From NCBI GenBank assembly GCA_047947115.1, contig CP170459.1, forward strand, positions 5,728,001-5,792,000: a stretch of 64,000 bases of DNA, read 5' to 3'. Source of the stretch: Verrucomicrobiota bacterium. GTDB taxonomy: Bacteria; Verrucomicrobiota; Verrucomicrobiia; Limisphaerales; AAA164-E04. Under the pieces are notes generated by a model. The model made no database searches, was not told the origin of the DNA, and saw nothing but the letters and a program-made list of their open reading frames with translations. The translations under genes were made by a program, and so were the position numbers. Numbering within the stretch: position 1 is the stretch's first letter; each line of letters opens with the position of its first letter. Shown piece by piece: positions 1 through 10,411 of this stretch.

Positions 1-750
1 GCGCTCTTCGGATCGGAAAAAGTCGAGAATACGTGTCACTGACTGGGCGGCATTGGTGGTGTGTAAGGTGGAAAGGACCAAATGCCCGGTATCAGCCGCA
101 CTCATAGCTGCGGAAAAGCTGATTGCATCACGCATTTCACCAATCATGATCACATCGGGATCCTGACGTAAAACATGCTTCAAACCGGCAGAAAAATTCA
201 GCGAATCCAGACCTATTTCCCGCTGTTCAATCACCGATTTCTTGTCCGTGAAGACAAATTCGATGGGATCCTCCAAGGTCACAATGTGCTTGCGGCTGGA
301 TTCGTTGATGTGCTGAATCATGGCAGCCAGCGTGGTGGACTTACCGGAACCGGTGGTGCCGGATACCAACACAATGCCGCGAGGCGCGACGGCAATCTCC
401 TTCAGCACCGGTATCAACCCCAAGTCTTCAAAACTGGGGATATCCGTTTTGACGTAGCGCATGGAGAGCGCGAATGTTCCACGCTGCTGGAAACAATTGG
501 TACGAAAACGGCCAACTCCTTCGGAAAAATACGAAAAATCGATCTCCCGCTCAGCTTCAAGAACGTCCTTCAAGTGAATGGGGACGATGGCATCCAAAAC
601 TTGCCCCATCCATTCAACGGTGGGCTTGGGAGCTTCAATATCAACCAAATTGCCATCGATGCGAAAAATGATGGGGTGGCCGACTTTAATGTGTACATCA
701 GAAGCACCGCCATCAACGGCGGTGCGTAAAATTCGATTGAACAGTTCCAT
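1..750 (-). CDS. pilT: Type IV pilus retraction ATPase PilT/PilU family (3' end runs off window)
   Basis: Manual minus-strand translation from ATG at 750: MELFNRILRTAVDGGASDVHIKVGHP...VLRQDPDVIMIGEMRD...AADTGHLVLSTLHT. Not in the ORF track; the + ORF 175..729 is its antisense shadow. Confidence 0.9.
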   Translation of the reverse strand, partial: MELFNRILRTAVDGGASDVHIKVGHPIIFRIDGNLVDIEAPKPTVEWMGQVLDAIVPIHLKDVLEAEREIDFSYFSEGVGRFRTNCFQQRGTFALSMRYVKTDIPSFEDLGLIPVLKEIAVAPRGIVLVSGTTGSGKSTTLAAMIQHINESSRKHIVTLEDPIEFVFTDKKSVIEQREIGLDSLNFSAGLKHVLRQDPDVIMIGEMRDAISFSAAMSAADTGHLVLSTLHTTNAAQSVTRILDFFRSEER

Positions 751-783
751 AAATCTCAATTGTGAGGGGTTCCTCCCCCTCTT

Positions 784-1116
784 TTAAAGCGTCATACGCT
801 GCACGCGTGCCAGGGCTTCCACCTGGGATTGAGCCTCGGCTTCCATCCCGACAAACAGGATGGAGATAACGAAACCACTGTGCTTGTTGCCGCTGGCCCC
901 AACGACGATGCCGTTACAATGAATCGGCGCATCGGAATTGGGAGACTTGAGATCGATGGTCAATTCTGACCATACCGGAAGTTCTCGACTGGATAAAAAC
1001 TCAACTCCATTGGATCGGACACTCACCGCTTCAGGTGGCAATGTAAACTCAATTTCACTTGAACGAACCGTCATAGGTTCGAATACGCCCGAATTATCCA
1101 ATTTTGTTGTTTTCAT
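784..1116 (-). CDS. Small PilZ-like beta-barrel protein
   Basis: SNGVEFLSSRELPVWSELTIDL...CNGIVV...ISILF resembles the PilZ fold; likely ATG at 1116; directly upstream of pilT. Confidence 0.55.
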   Translation of the reverse strand: MKTTKLDNSGVFEPMTVRSSEIEFTLPPEAVSVRSNGVEFLSSRELPVWSELTIDLKSPNSDAPIHCNGIVVGASGNKHSGFVISILFVGMEAEAQSQVEALARVQRMTL

Positions 1117-1201
1117 ACGTCTAGGATAAATACAATACCACGAAATCACATTTCGTCAATAAACCCACTGAAGGAATCTTAACCTCCACCAAACCAGAAC
1201 G

Positions 1202-2245
1202 TTACCACTCAATTACCGCCGCCCCCCAAGTCAAACCGGCCCCAAAAACAACCAACAGGATCAAATCCCCACGCTGAATCCGCCCTTCTTCAACAACTTG
1301 ATCCAGCGCAATGGCCACAGAAGCAGCAGATGTGTTGCCAAATTTGTCAACATTGATAAAAATTTGTTCTTCTTTTGCACCCAATCGATCCCCCACCGCA
1401 CTCATGATCCGCAGATTGGCCTGATGAGGTATGATACACTTGATCTGACTGATATCCAACTGACAACGTTCAAGTGCCTTTTGTGCGGCTTTATACATGG
1501 CTGTTACCGCACTCTTGAACGTCTCTTTGCCATCCATTCGCAGGTAATGAAGCCGCTGATCCACGGAATCTCCCGTCGCCGGACACCGACTTCCCCCTCC
1601 CGGCATGGACAAGAGCCCGGCTTTTCCACCGTCAGCCCCCATGCAGGCGGTCAGAAGCCCATGAGACTGCTCCCTGTTTTGAAGTATCGCCGCCCCAGCA
1701 CCATCACCAAACAGAACGCAGGTATTGCGATCCTTCCAATCAATAATCGAGGAAAGCTTTTCCGCCCCAATAACCAACACCGTATCATAGGTGCGCGACA
1801 TGATGAATTGCTGGGCAATTTCCAATGCATATACAAAACCGGAACAAGCAGCCTCAAGGTCAAATGCGGCAGCGTTCACAGCCCCAATGTTGCTTTGCAC
1901 CAAGCATGCCGTGCTGGGAAAAGGCATGTCTGGAGTGATGGTGGCGACAATGATAAGATCAATTTCCTCCCCCTTGATACCAGCTTTCTCCATGGCATTC
2001 CTGGCAGCTTCGGTAGCCAAATCAGAGGTAAATTGTTCCGGCGAAGCTATGCGACGTTCCTTGATCCCGGTTCGAGACGTGATCCATTCATCACTCGTCT
2101 CAACCATTTTTTCCAAATCAGCATTGGTCAACCGTTTTTCAGGAACGTAAGAGCCAACAGATACAATAGAACACGTACGCCCCTTAAACCCATGCTCGGC
2201 ACGCGGATTGATGAATTCGACGTTGTCTGGCAATGAATCAGTCAT
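1202..2245 (-). CDS. fabH: 3-oxoacyl-ACP synthase III
   Basis: DLEAACSGF, PHQAN and GNTSAAS catalytic motifs; downstream of plsX. Confidence 0.97.
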   Translation of the reverse strand: MTDSLPDNVEFINPRAEHGFKGRTCSIVSVGSYVPEKRLTNADLEKMVETSDEWITSRTGIKERRIASPEQFTSDLATEAARNAMEKAGIKGEEIDLIIVATITPDMPFPSTACLVQSNIGAVNAAAFDLEAACSGFVYALEIAQQFIMSRTYDTVLVIGAEKLSSIIDWKDRNTCVLFGDGAGAAILQNREQSHGLLTACMGADGGKAGLLSMPGGGSRCPATGDSVDQRLHYLRMDGKETFKSAVTAMYKAAQKALERCQLDISQIKCIIPHQANLRIMSAVGDRLGAKEEQIFINVDKFGNTSAASVAIALDQVVEEGRIQRGDLILLVVFGAGLTWGAAVIEW

Positions 2246-2270
2246 AAAAAATTCTTCCAAGAAACAGCAT

Positions 2271-3284
2271 TTAAGAATCCAAACGACCGTTGGCAATGGA
2301 GATAGCCTCGGTCATTTGCTCGTTGATGTGATGCTCAAACGCTCTAGCTGTCATGCGAATGGCATTATTGAAAGCAGTGGTACCGGCAGAACCGTGGGCG
2401 ATAAAAACGTTGCCATTCAACCCCAACAACGGAGCACCGCCATAGGCATCGGGATCCATGCGACTCTTAATGGTCTTAAATGCGCCCTTTGCCATCATCG
2501 CTCCCATTTTCCGGACAGGAGTCGCTGTCAATTCACGTTTAAGCCAGGAAAACATGCCATGCGCCAAACTCTCACAAGTCTTGAGCACGATATTCCCTAT
2601 AAAGCCGTCGCACACCACCACATCCACCCGATTTGAAAACAGGTCATGCCCTTCGACATTTCCAATAAAATTCAGATCGAGTTTTTTACAAAGTTTAAAG
2701 GCCTCCAAGGTCAGATCATTCCCTTTGACATCTTCGGTCCCCACACTCAATACACCGACGCGCGGATCCTTGAGCTTGAGCACCTCGCGAGCGTAAACCT
2801 CTCCCATCACAGCGTAATGCGCAAGGTGAACGGGTTTGGAGTCAACATTGGCCCCGGCATCCAGCAAAACGAATTCATTTTCCGGCGCAGGAATCACGGT
2901 AGCAATACCTGCTCGCTCCAGCCCGGGAAGTCTCCGAAGCTTGACGGTCGAGACTGCGACCACTCCGCCCGTGTTCCCCGGCGACAGGAACGCATCGACT
3001 TCGCCACTCTTTACGAGGTCAACACCCTTGGCGATGGAGCAGTTCTTCTTGCGACGAACAGCATCCACCGGTTTGTCCTCCATTGTAAGGACTTCATCGG
3101 CATGATGTACAGAGATACGCGCATCCGCGTTCCCTTTGGCATCCAATTCGCGCCGGATTTCATCTTCTCGACCAACCAAAACGGCTGATTCAACAGAGGG
3201 AAGAGAATTGAGCGCCAATAAAACGCCGTCAAGAATCACGCCGCAGCCATGGTCTCCCCCCATGACATCGACCGCGATACGCAT
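2271..3284 (-). CDS. plsX: Phosphate acyltransferase PlsX
   Basis: MRIAVDVMGGD, GNTGG, LDAGAN, VVCDGFIGN, GGAPLLG motifs. Confidence 0.97.
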   Translation of the reverse strand: MRIAVDVMGGDHGCGVILDGVLLALNSLPSVESAVLVGREDEIRRELDAKGNADARISVHHADEVLTMEDKPVDAVRRKKNCSIAKGVDLVKSGEVDAFLSPGNTGGVVAVSTVKLRRLPGLERAGIATVIPAPENEFVLLDAGANVDSKPVHLAHYAVMGEVYAREVLKLKDPRVGVLSVGTEDVKGNDLTLEAFKLCKKLDLNFIGNVEGHDLFSNRVDVVVCDGFIGNIVLKTCESLAHGMFSWLKRELTATPVRKMGAMMAKGAFKTIKSRMDPDAYGGAPLLGLNGNVFIAHGSAGTTAFNNAIRMTARAFEHHINEQMTEAISIANGRLDS

Positions 3285-3341
3285 CGACTGATTAATGGAA
3301 TGAAATGAATTAAATCCTCACTGAAAACCCAAGATCAGAGA

Positions 3342-3527
3342 TCAATAGGCTTCAATGTTGACCACTTGCCGGCCTTTGTAATGCCCGCAAGCGGGGCAAA
3401 CACGATGCGGCACGAAGGGAGCGGCACATTGAGGGCAAACACTCAATTGCGGCAGGTTCAATACACTGTTGGAGGCCCGGCGTTTACGCTGCGCGCTCCT
3501 CGAAGGTTTTCTCTTAGGTACACCCAT
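3342..3527 (-). CDS. rpmF: 50S ribosomal protein L32 (Zn-ribbon form)
   Basis: MGVPKRKPS...CPQC...HRVCPACGHYKG. Confidence 0.97.
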   Translation of the reverse strand: MGVPKRKPSRSAQRKRRASNSVLNLPQLSVCPQCAAPFVPHRVCPACGHYKGRQVVNIEAY

Positions 3528-3530
3528 ATT

Positions 3531-4028
3531 TCAGTCTTTGTCGTTTTCCAATTTTAAATCGTCCAACGCAGCCCAAGGTGAAGAACCCGTAGCCTCCACC
3601 TCGTCATCCGAAACCGCCGCCGAGTCCACCTGAGAAACCATTCCCTGGCAGTCCTGACCGCAAACCGGATGCTGCGGTAAAACGAGCAAAATATCCTCTC
3701 TTAATACTGCGGTCAAGTCAACCGTATCATTATTTATCGGTAAACTTTCTTCTCCCTCCAACGCAACGAAGCCATGCCAGTCACAAATCGTGGCTTCATA
3801 CTCGAACGATTTCAAGCAACGAGCGCATTCACAACGGTAGATTTGAGAGAGTTCGCCCTGCAAAAGCAGGTTCTCCTCGTGCTTTTCAATCCATAAACGG
3901 TATTGAAGCGGACCTGCCGGATGAAGTAATTCGTCATGCAACCCCAAATCCAACTCCTCCTCAGGAATCTCTCCCTCATAGTTTTTCCCGTCGGATTCCA
4001 AATGCTTGATGTCAATTGTGAAAGCCAT
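3531..4028 (-). CDS. yceD: YceD/DUF177 family protein
   Basis: CARCL and LP..PVC..DC.G motifs, PWAALDDLK tail, canonical position before rpmF; likely ATG at 4028. Confidence 0.88.
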   Translation of the reverse strand: MAFTIDIKHLESDGKNYEGEIPEEELDLGLHDELLHPAGPLQYRLWIEKHEENLLLQGELSQIYRCECARCLKSFEYEATICDWHGFVALEGEESLPINNDTVDLTAVLREDILLVLPQHPVCGQDCQGMVSQVDSAAVSDDEVEATGSSPWAALDDLKLENDKD

Positions 4029-4032
4029 GATG

Positions 4033-4539
4033 TTATTCCGGTTGCAGACTATGACGTTTGATTTCTTCAGCCCGTTCCAGCATGGCGCGCAAAACCGGAG
4101 CAGGGACAAACTCTTTGATATCCCCTCCCAATGAAGCCACTTCCTTGACCATGCGTGAGCTGAGAAAAGTGTATTTATCTTTGGGCATCATAAAAATCGT
4201 CTCAATTGAAGAGTCCAGGTGACGATTCATCAGAGCCAACTGAAACTCAAATTCAAAATCAGAAATAGCTCGCAACCCGCGAATGATGGCCTGCGCCCCC
4301 TTACCTACCGCATAATCCACCAACAATCCGTCGAATGTCTCCACCGAAACACCTTCCATATCGCTCAAGGATTCACTCGCCAGCTCTACCCGTTCTTCTT
4401 TGGTGAACATCGGCTTCTTGCTCTCGTTGTTGGCGATGGCCACGATCACCCGGTCGAACAACTTGTCGGCCCTTCGTATCACATCCAGATGACCGTTCGT
4501 CAAGGGATCAAAGCTCCCCGGGTAAATGCCCAATTTCAT
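4033..4539 (-). CDS. coaD: Pantetheine-phosphate adenylyltransferase
   Basis: YPGSFDPLTNGHLD, IIRGLR, SSRMVKE motifs. Confidence 0.97.
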   Translation of the reverse strand: MKLGIYPGSFDPLTNGHLDVIRRADKLFDRVIVAIANNESKKPMFTKEERVELASESLSDMEGVSVETFDGLLVDYAVGKGAQAIIRGLRAISDFEFEFQLALMNRHLDSSIETIFMMPKDKYTFLSSRMVKEVASLGGDIKEFVPAPVLRAMLERAEEIKRHSLQPE

Positions 4540-4581
4540 AAGCGCAAATTACTACAAGACCTTTCAAAACACGAAGACTTT

Positions 4582-5649
4582 CTATTTCGCACGCGTCTCA
4601 AACCGACGCTGATGACCAGAGCCCGGCAAAGCCACCACATAGGCGCCTCCATCAGAATCCACACTCAAATGTATAGGATGACCCTCACAATCTTTTTCGA
4701 GATTGGCAATATGCACGTCGTCTGTGTTGTTCTCTACATCCGCCCGCAGATTCTTATGCACCTGATACATGGCCTGGATCGAGGAAGTCGCCTTGAGTGC
4801 CGCAAAGGTCGCGGGACCACATCCCTTGGTCACACCGTTGTTCATGATGGATACCGTCGGTTTCAGGGACTGAATCACGGCCGGATGATTGCTCTGATCC
4901 AAACCATGATGTGTCACCTGATACACATCAACCGTTCCCACCTTGTTTTCAGGGCAAATCAGTTTCTTCTCAACGTTCCAGGTCAGATCACCTGCATCAA
5001 AAAAACGAAATCCACCAAAATCCACGACCACCACCACGCTGTTGGCGTTGTCGGAAAGATCCTCAGGTTTGCTTGGAATGGATGCATCACACACGGAGGA
5101 ACCAGCCATCAGCGGCTTCTTCACAAAAACCTGATCAGCCCCCACGCACGTCAACGCCACGCCGGCAGTTCCAAAGGTTTGCTTCAAAGGCAATTGCATA
5201 CCAGGCTGAATGATCAGGCGTTCTTCGACCTCCATATCGCGGTAAGGCTTGATAAGTAAAGGGTACCGGGCGTCGTTCCTGTTTCGATCGGGGCTTTGTT
5301 CTGGAATCCCACGGTCGTAGACCACTTTTATCGGCATGAGTTGTGCCAACTGGGCTGCGCCACCAAAATGATCCAGATGAAAATGGGTGGTGATCAGATA
5401 ATCAATCTGCTTTAGACCAGCCATCTTGGTGGCCACCTCATGAATACGAGAAGCATCACGTGCCCCGGGATTCCCCGAATCAATCAAGACCGACTCCCCT
5501 GCCGGCGTCACGATCAGTGTCGAGGCTCCCCCTTCCACATCAACCCAATAAATGTCCAACTGACCATTTGCTTTGCCTGCAACCATATTCATAGAAGAAG
5601 TGATCGCGCACAAAAGGAACAGAAAAAGAGATAAGTAAGAGTATTTCAT
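4582..5649 (-). CDS. Secreted metallo-beta-lactamase-fold hydrolase (ComEC/Rec2 C-terminal-like)
   Basis: Signal peptide from ATG 5649; THFHLDHFGG, NANS, AGD, HHG metal-binding motifs. Confidence 0.82.
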   Translation of the reverse strand: MKYSYLSLFLFLLCAITSSMNMVAGKANGQLDIYWVDVEGGASTLIVTPAGESVLIDSGNPGARDASRIHEVATKMAGLKQIDYLITTHFHLDHFGGAAQLAQLMPIKVVYDRGIPEQSPDRNRNDARYPLLIKPYRDMEVEERLIIQPGMQLPLKQTFGTAGVALTCVGADQVFVKKPLMAGSSVCDASIPSKPEDLSDNANSVVVVVDFGGFRFFDAGDLTWNVEKKLICPENKVGTVDVYQVTHHGLDQSNHPAVIQSLKPTVSIMNNGVTKGCGPATFAALKATSSIQAMYQVHKNLRADVENNTDDVHIANLEKDCEGHPIHLSVDSDGGAYVVALPGSGHQRRFETRAK

Positions 5650-5827
5650 GACGGTTTGTTCAATGATTGACGACAGCAGATCGCAAACGGAAACGGGGCG
5701 CAAGCTAAATGAAAATCCAGGGCACGATTTGCGCATCAAATAAAAATCGTCAGATTTTTGCGATTTTGACTTGTCAAAGGCAGGGCCACTGCGTTGAATA
5801 CCTGCCCTTGCCGTCAAAGGCAAAAGT

Positions 5828-5903
<76 letters not shown>

Positions 5904-5917
5904 TTTTTTTGTACTTC

Positions 5918-5943
5918 TCCAGTCCTGATTTCCAGTCCTGATT
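5918..5943. repeat. 13-bp tandem duplication (TCCAGTCCTGATT x2)
   Basis: Read directly, 14 nt downstream of tRNA-Phe. Confidence 0.85.
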
Positions 5944-5946
5944 CGG

Positions 5947-6270
5947 TCATTTCCCCGTTAACCAAAGAAACAAAAGCACTGCTGCGAACAAAAGCACATC
6001 TTTGACTGTTGGTTTCACAAACAGTTTGAATTCTGTCTTCCTCCGCTCACTGCTTTCAACATCGTAGAAACCACCTGCAATGCAAACAATTAAGTAAACG
6101 GCAAAAGATATACTGAATAGTCCAAACAGTTCCCCGAAGAAATCAGGTCTAACCAAGGCAATGAATGGCAAGGCAAGCGAACCATAAAACAATCGAATGA
6201 AGAATCCTCGAAAAAAAGTGACCGAGGGATTGCTCGGTTCCAAAGGAATGCTGTTTTCACTTTTGTCCAT
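5947..6270 (-). CDS. Hypothetical small membrane protein
   Basis: About three hydrophobic segments, AT-rich, no family recognised. Confidence 0.55.
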   Translation of the reverse strand: MDKSENSIPLEPSNPSVTFFRGFFIRLFYGSLALPFIALVRPDFFGELFGLFSISFAVYLIVCIAGGFYDVESSERRKTEFKLFVKPTVKDVLLFAAVLLFLWLTGK

Positions 6271-6672
6271 ATTACACACTTAACAATTCTCGAAACATCG
6301 AAAAAACTCTCGTTACCCCAAAACTACCAAGCCCCCCCCTCATCCACAACAAGTTTCACTGACGGACCACCCATGATACGCCTGATCCAGTACCCTCTCC
6401 AATCCCTAAACGAATCAATGCCAATATTCACACAAGACTTCAATGAGATACCCATGTCATCTTCAATTCGTTACAGACGACAAAAATCAAGTAATCTGCG
6501 AACATCTGCGGTGAACCAAAACACAACCAATCGAAGACCAAAAAGCACTCACCTCCCACACGATTTACCTTGGCGAATGGTGAACTTGAATTAAAGTGAC
6601 GCCATTCCACTAGGTCAGCCATTTCAATGAACTTGAATTGCACTAAACACCCGTAAAGGAATTTTAAATAAT

Positions 6673-8238
6673 ATGATGAGATCAAATCATTACAAAGCAC
6701 TGACCATAGCCATCGCCGGCATGTGCGGGGCATGGCACTTGAACGCCGAAATCAGCGTTCCATCAATCATTGGCAACAACATGGTGTTGCAACGCGAGCA
6801 GGACAACCCGCTCTGGGGTTGGGCGGACCCGAATGAAGTTGTCACCGTCAGCATCCATGACCAAAAGGTCCAAACACGAGCTGCAGAAGACGGCGGCTGG
6901 AAAGCTACTTTGGCGCCTCTCCCTGTGGGTGGCCCCTACGACCTGACCATCAGCGGCAAGAACACCCTTCGCTTCGAAAACGTATTGGTAGGTGAAGTCT
7001 GGATCTGCTCCGGACAATCCAACATGCAGTGGTCGGTCAACGCGTCGAATGATCCCGACCTGGAACGACTCAGCGCCAATTACCCACAAATCCGACTCAT
7101 CACGGTCCCCCGCGTCGGGACTCAGGAACCACAATACGATTTTGAAGGTCAATGGGAGGAGTGCTCCGGAGACACAGTCGGCGGATTCTCAGCGGTCGGT
7201 TACTTTTTTGGCCGCCAATTGCATCAAACCTTGAACGTGCCGATCGGACTTATCAACAACGCCTGGGGCGGTTCCGCGGCGGAGGCATGGGTGCGGCGTG
7301 ACCTGCTGGAAGCGGATTCACGATACGTTCCACTCTTGGAACGATGGGCCAAAACAGAATCAGACGAAAAACTGACCGGTCAAATGGCGGATTACGAGAA
7401 AGCCCTCGCTGAATGGAAAGTGGCCGCCGCCAACGCACGTGCCCTGGGGGAAAACCCACCCCGCCGCCCGAACCGACCCAACAACCAACTCACCGGCAAC
7501 CACCGCCCCTCCAACATTTATAATGGTGTCCTCAATCCGACCATCGGCTATGGCATCAAAGGAGCGATCTGGTATCAGGGCGAAAGCAACGCAGGCCGGG
7601 CCTACCAATACCGCCACTTGTTTCCTCTGATGATCCAGAATTGGCGCGATGTCTGGAAGCAGGGAGATTTCCCTTTCTACTACGTGCAACTGGCGGATTT
7701 CAGGCTCGAAAAAGATCAACCGGCGGACAGCGACTGGGCCGAGTTGCGCGAAGCCCAAACCTTGACCATGAGCAAGCTTCCCAACACAGGGGAAGCCGTG
7801 ATCATTGATTTGGGAGAGGCCCAAGACATTCACCCTAAAAACAAGGAAGATGTAGGCAAACGCCTGGCACGCTGGGCACTGGCCAAAGATTACGGTTATA
7901 ACATCGTTTATCGCAGCCCTATCTACCAATCAATGGACCGCCAGGGCAGCAAAATCATTGTCTCTTTTGATCATGTGGGAGGTGGTTTGGACTTGTTCGA
8001 TGTGCAGAAACCAATCGGCTTCACCATCGCAGGCGCCGATCAAACCTTTGTCCATGCGGAAGCAAAAATCATAAACGAACGTCAGGTGGAAGTCTGGAGT
8101 GAGTCCGTCTCTGATCCGGTTGCCGTGCGCTACGCGTGGGCAGACAACCCAGTTTGCAACGTGCAAAACAAGGAAGGCCTGCCTTTGACACCTTTCCGCA
8201 CTGACGACTGGCCGGGAATCACCATCAACAACCGCTGA
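6673..8238 (+). CDS. Sialate O-acetylesterase family (SASA domain), secreted
   Basis: [31 protein letters not shown] motifs; signal peptide. Confidence 0.92.
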   Translation: MMRSNHYKALTIAIAGMCGAWHLNAEISVPSIIGNNMVLQREQDNPLWGWADPNEVVTVSIHDQKVQTRAAEDGGWKATLAPLPVGGPYDLTISGKNTLRFENVLVGEVWICSGQSNMQWSVNASNDPDLERLSANYPQIRLITVPRVGTQEPQYDFEGQWEECSGDTVGGFSAVGYFFGRQLHQTLNVPIGLINNAWGGSAAEAWVRRDLLEADSRYVPLLERWAKTESDEKLTGQMADYEKALAEWKVAAANARALGENPPRRPNRPNNQLTGNHRPSNIYNGVLNPTIGYGIKGAIWYQGESNAGRAYQYRHLFPLMIQNWRDVWKQGDFPFYYVQLADFRLEKDQPADSDWAELREAQTLTMSKLPNTGEAVIIDLGEAQDIHPKNKEDVGKRLARWALAKDYGYNIVYRSPIYQSMDRQGSKIIVSFDHVGGGLDLFDVQKPIGFTIAGADQTFVHAEAKIINERQVEVWSESVSDPVAVRYAWADNPVCNVQNKEGLPLTPFRTDDWPGITINNR

Positions 8239-8261
8239 TTTGAGAACAATCTAATCAAACC

Positions 8262-8293
8262 AAAAAGGCGCATCTTCGGATGCGCCTTTTTTT
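8262..8293. terminator. Bidirectional intrinsic terminator
   Basis: AAAAAGGCGCATC-TTCG-GATGCGCCTTTTTTT between convergent genes. Confidence 0.88.
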
Positions 8294-8487
8294 ATAAGTC
8301 CTGATTAAAACGACTGAGCACTCAAATGACAGAAACCGGATCATAGGTCGGGCGCAATGCCTGCTCTGCCCGGCTCAGGAAAATTTGGACAGGATAGGAC
8401 AAGGTCACACCATTTCCAACCGCGCCCCCCCCTGACATCGTTCATCCCAAACTCCCTTTAATCATCGCTTCAGCACAGCACAAATCT

Positions 8488-9459
8488 TCATCCAGCCTTT
8501 GCAGCAGAACGATGGCCAGCCATCATGAAATCGAGGTAATAAGCCAGTTGCTCCTTGAGCTCCTTCCGAGGCACGATGGCATCAATCAAGCCGCGGTCCT
8601 GCAAAAACTCTGCAGTTTGAAATCCATCCGGCAAATCCGCCTTGGTGGTGTCTTTGATGACGCGAGGCCCTGCAAAACCGATGCGCGCCCCGGGCTCGGC
8701 GATGATCAGGTCCCCCACACTGGCAAAGCTCGCCATCACTCCTGCCATGGTGGGATCTGTCAGCAAACTGATGAACGGTAATTTTCGCTTGCCATGATAA
8801 GCCAAAGCACCACAGGTCTTGGCCATCTGCATCAAACTGAACATCCCTTCATACATACGCGCACCGCCACTCGTGGAACAGATAATCACCGGCAATCCCA
8901 GTTCGGTCCCTTTTTCAATGACGCGTGTCAGTTTCTCGCCGACCACCGATCCCATGGACCCACCGTTAAAACTGAAATCCATGACCCCCAGTGCGATTCT
9001 GTGATGTTCCATCTGACCGAGCCCGGTGATCACAGCATCCTTCATGCCGGTCTTCTGCTGATTGGCTTCCAACTTGCTGAGATATCCCGGAAACTCCAAC
9101 ACATCGACACTCGACATATCGGCATCCATTTGCTCAAAAGAATCTTCATCCACAAGTAGATGGACCCGGTCCCAGGCGGTCAACATGAAGTGATGCTCAC
9201 AATGGCGGCACACATTCAGGTTGGCCTCGAGTTCCTTTCGGAAAACGGTTTCTTTGCACTTGGGACATTTCGTGAATGTGCCCTCAGCAATCATCCGTTT
9301 TTTGGGTCCACCGGAAACGGGCTTGGGCTTTTTCAGCATCGACTGATCCGGGGCGGAGGACGGCGGGGTTACCATCGGCTCCTTGCTTTCCACTCCAGGA
9401 ATACGTCGGGTAAAAAACTTTGTTTCGTTCTTATCGCTCTTTTCAGGACGTTCGCTCAT
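8488..9459 (-). CDS. accD: Acetyl-CoA carboxylase carboxyltransferase beta subunit
   Basis: CPKC...CRHC Zn finger, GGSMGSVVGEK, SGGARMYEG, GFAGPRVI, FQTAEFL. Confidence 0.96.
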   Translation of the reverse strand: MSERPEKSDKNETKFFTRRIPGVESKEPMVTPPSSAPDQSMLKKPKPVSGGPKKRMIAEGTFTKCPKCKETVFRKELEANLNVCRHCEHHFMLTAWDRVHLLVDEDSFEQMDADMSSVDVLEFPGYLSKLEANQQKTGMKDAVITGLGQMEHHRIALGVMDFSFNGGSMGSVVGEKLTRVIEKGTELGLPVIICSTSGGARMYEGMFSLMQMAKTCGALAYHGKRKLPFISLLTDPTMAGVMASFASVGDLIIAEPGARIGFAGPRVIKDTTKADLPDGFQTAEFLQDRGLIDAIVPRKELKEQLAYYLDFMMAGHRSAAKAG

Positions 9460-9514
9460 TTTTATCGGTATGAAATTTTAAGGATTCATGACAGGTTCCG
9501 GCCGGCTTCGAGGA

Positions 9515-10282
9515 TCAAATTCCCAAGCCCCTGGCCAAGGTCCGAACCGAGACTACCCGGACGCCCGCTTTCAGCAGGACCTTCGCGCATGCGTTGGTGG
9601 TAGCGCCCGTCGTCAACACATCATCAATCAACAGAACACACTTGGAAGTCACCGCTTTGTCTCCAGTAACACAAAAGGCATTGGCGACGTTCTCGGCACG
9701 TTCACTGCGATTCAGCATAGTTTGCGAGGGCGTGGGTGCAATCCTTTTCAACACTTTCCCGTAAAAGGGCAAATCCAGTCCACTCGCCACTTTTTCCGCC
9801 AAAAGCGCCGATTGATTATATCCGCGTTCCCGTTGACGCACGGAATGCAACGGGACCGGCAATACACAGTCCCAGTTCTGCCGCATGTGATCATTGGACA
9901 ACATTTCCAGAAACAATCGTTCAAACAAGGGTTCCAACCACAAACATCCCTGGTATTTGAATCGGTGCAACAAATCCAGCATCAAGGTTTTGGCAACCAC
10001 ACTGGATTTTGCGGATTCAAAGAAAAATCGAACTCCATGACAGTTGGGACATTCGAAGCCCGACGAGATCTCTCCATCAAAAGGCAGCCCACAGCGTCGA
10101 CAAAACGGGGACTGGATACGACGCAGCGATCCGACGCACCTTTCACACACATAACCCTCTCCGGCAGAAGCAGCCGCATCCATGCAAACCTGACATACAT
10201 CGGGAAAAATCAGTCGCAGAGGCGCTTCGATCCATGTCCTGCATGTGTCAGCTAAGTTTTTGAGATGGAGAATCCTGCTCAC
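9515..10282 (-). CDS. comF: ComF family protein (double Zn ribbon + phosphoribosyltransferase domain)
   Basis: CQVC/CERC/CRRC/CPNC, PVPLH, RGYNQ, LLIDDVLTTGAT; start uncertain (GTG 10282 or upstream). Confidence 0.9.
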   Translation of the reverse strand: MSRILHLKNLADTCRTWIEAPLRLIFPDVCQVCMDAAASAGEGYVCERCVGSLRRIQSPFCRRCGLPFDGEISSGFECPNCHGVRFFFESAKSSVVAKTLMLDLLHRFKYQGCLWLEPLFERLFLEMLSNDHMRQNWDCVLPVPLHSVRQRERGYNQSALLAEKVASGLDLPFYGKVLKRIAPTPSQTMLNRSERAENVANAFCVTGDKAVTSKCVLLIDDVLTTGATTNACAKVLLKAGVRVVSVRTLARGLGI

Positions 10283-10411
10283 CAGTTCGCTTTCTTCCCT
10301 GTCCTGGTAATAAAAAACCTTGATCCAGCCAAGGTCTAAAACTAACACTTTGCGACATGCAGAATCATCATTTGAATCCAATCAAGATCTGGCGCACAGT
10401 CTCCCCGTGAC

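Noticed and set aside
175..729. 184-aa + strand ORF
   Set aside because: Antisense shadow of pilT.
1298..5259. Long + strand ORFs (1298..2236, 2646..3188, 4219..5259)
   Set aside because: Antisense to fabH, plsX, coaD and the MBL hydrolase; no motifs.
8294..8487. Possible structured RNA between the terminator and accD
   Set aside because: Only short, weak stems; no promoter or known motif.
9488..10255. 255-aa + strand ORF
   Set aside because: Antisense shadow of comF.
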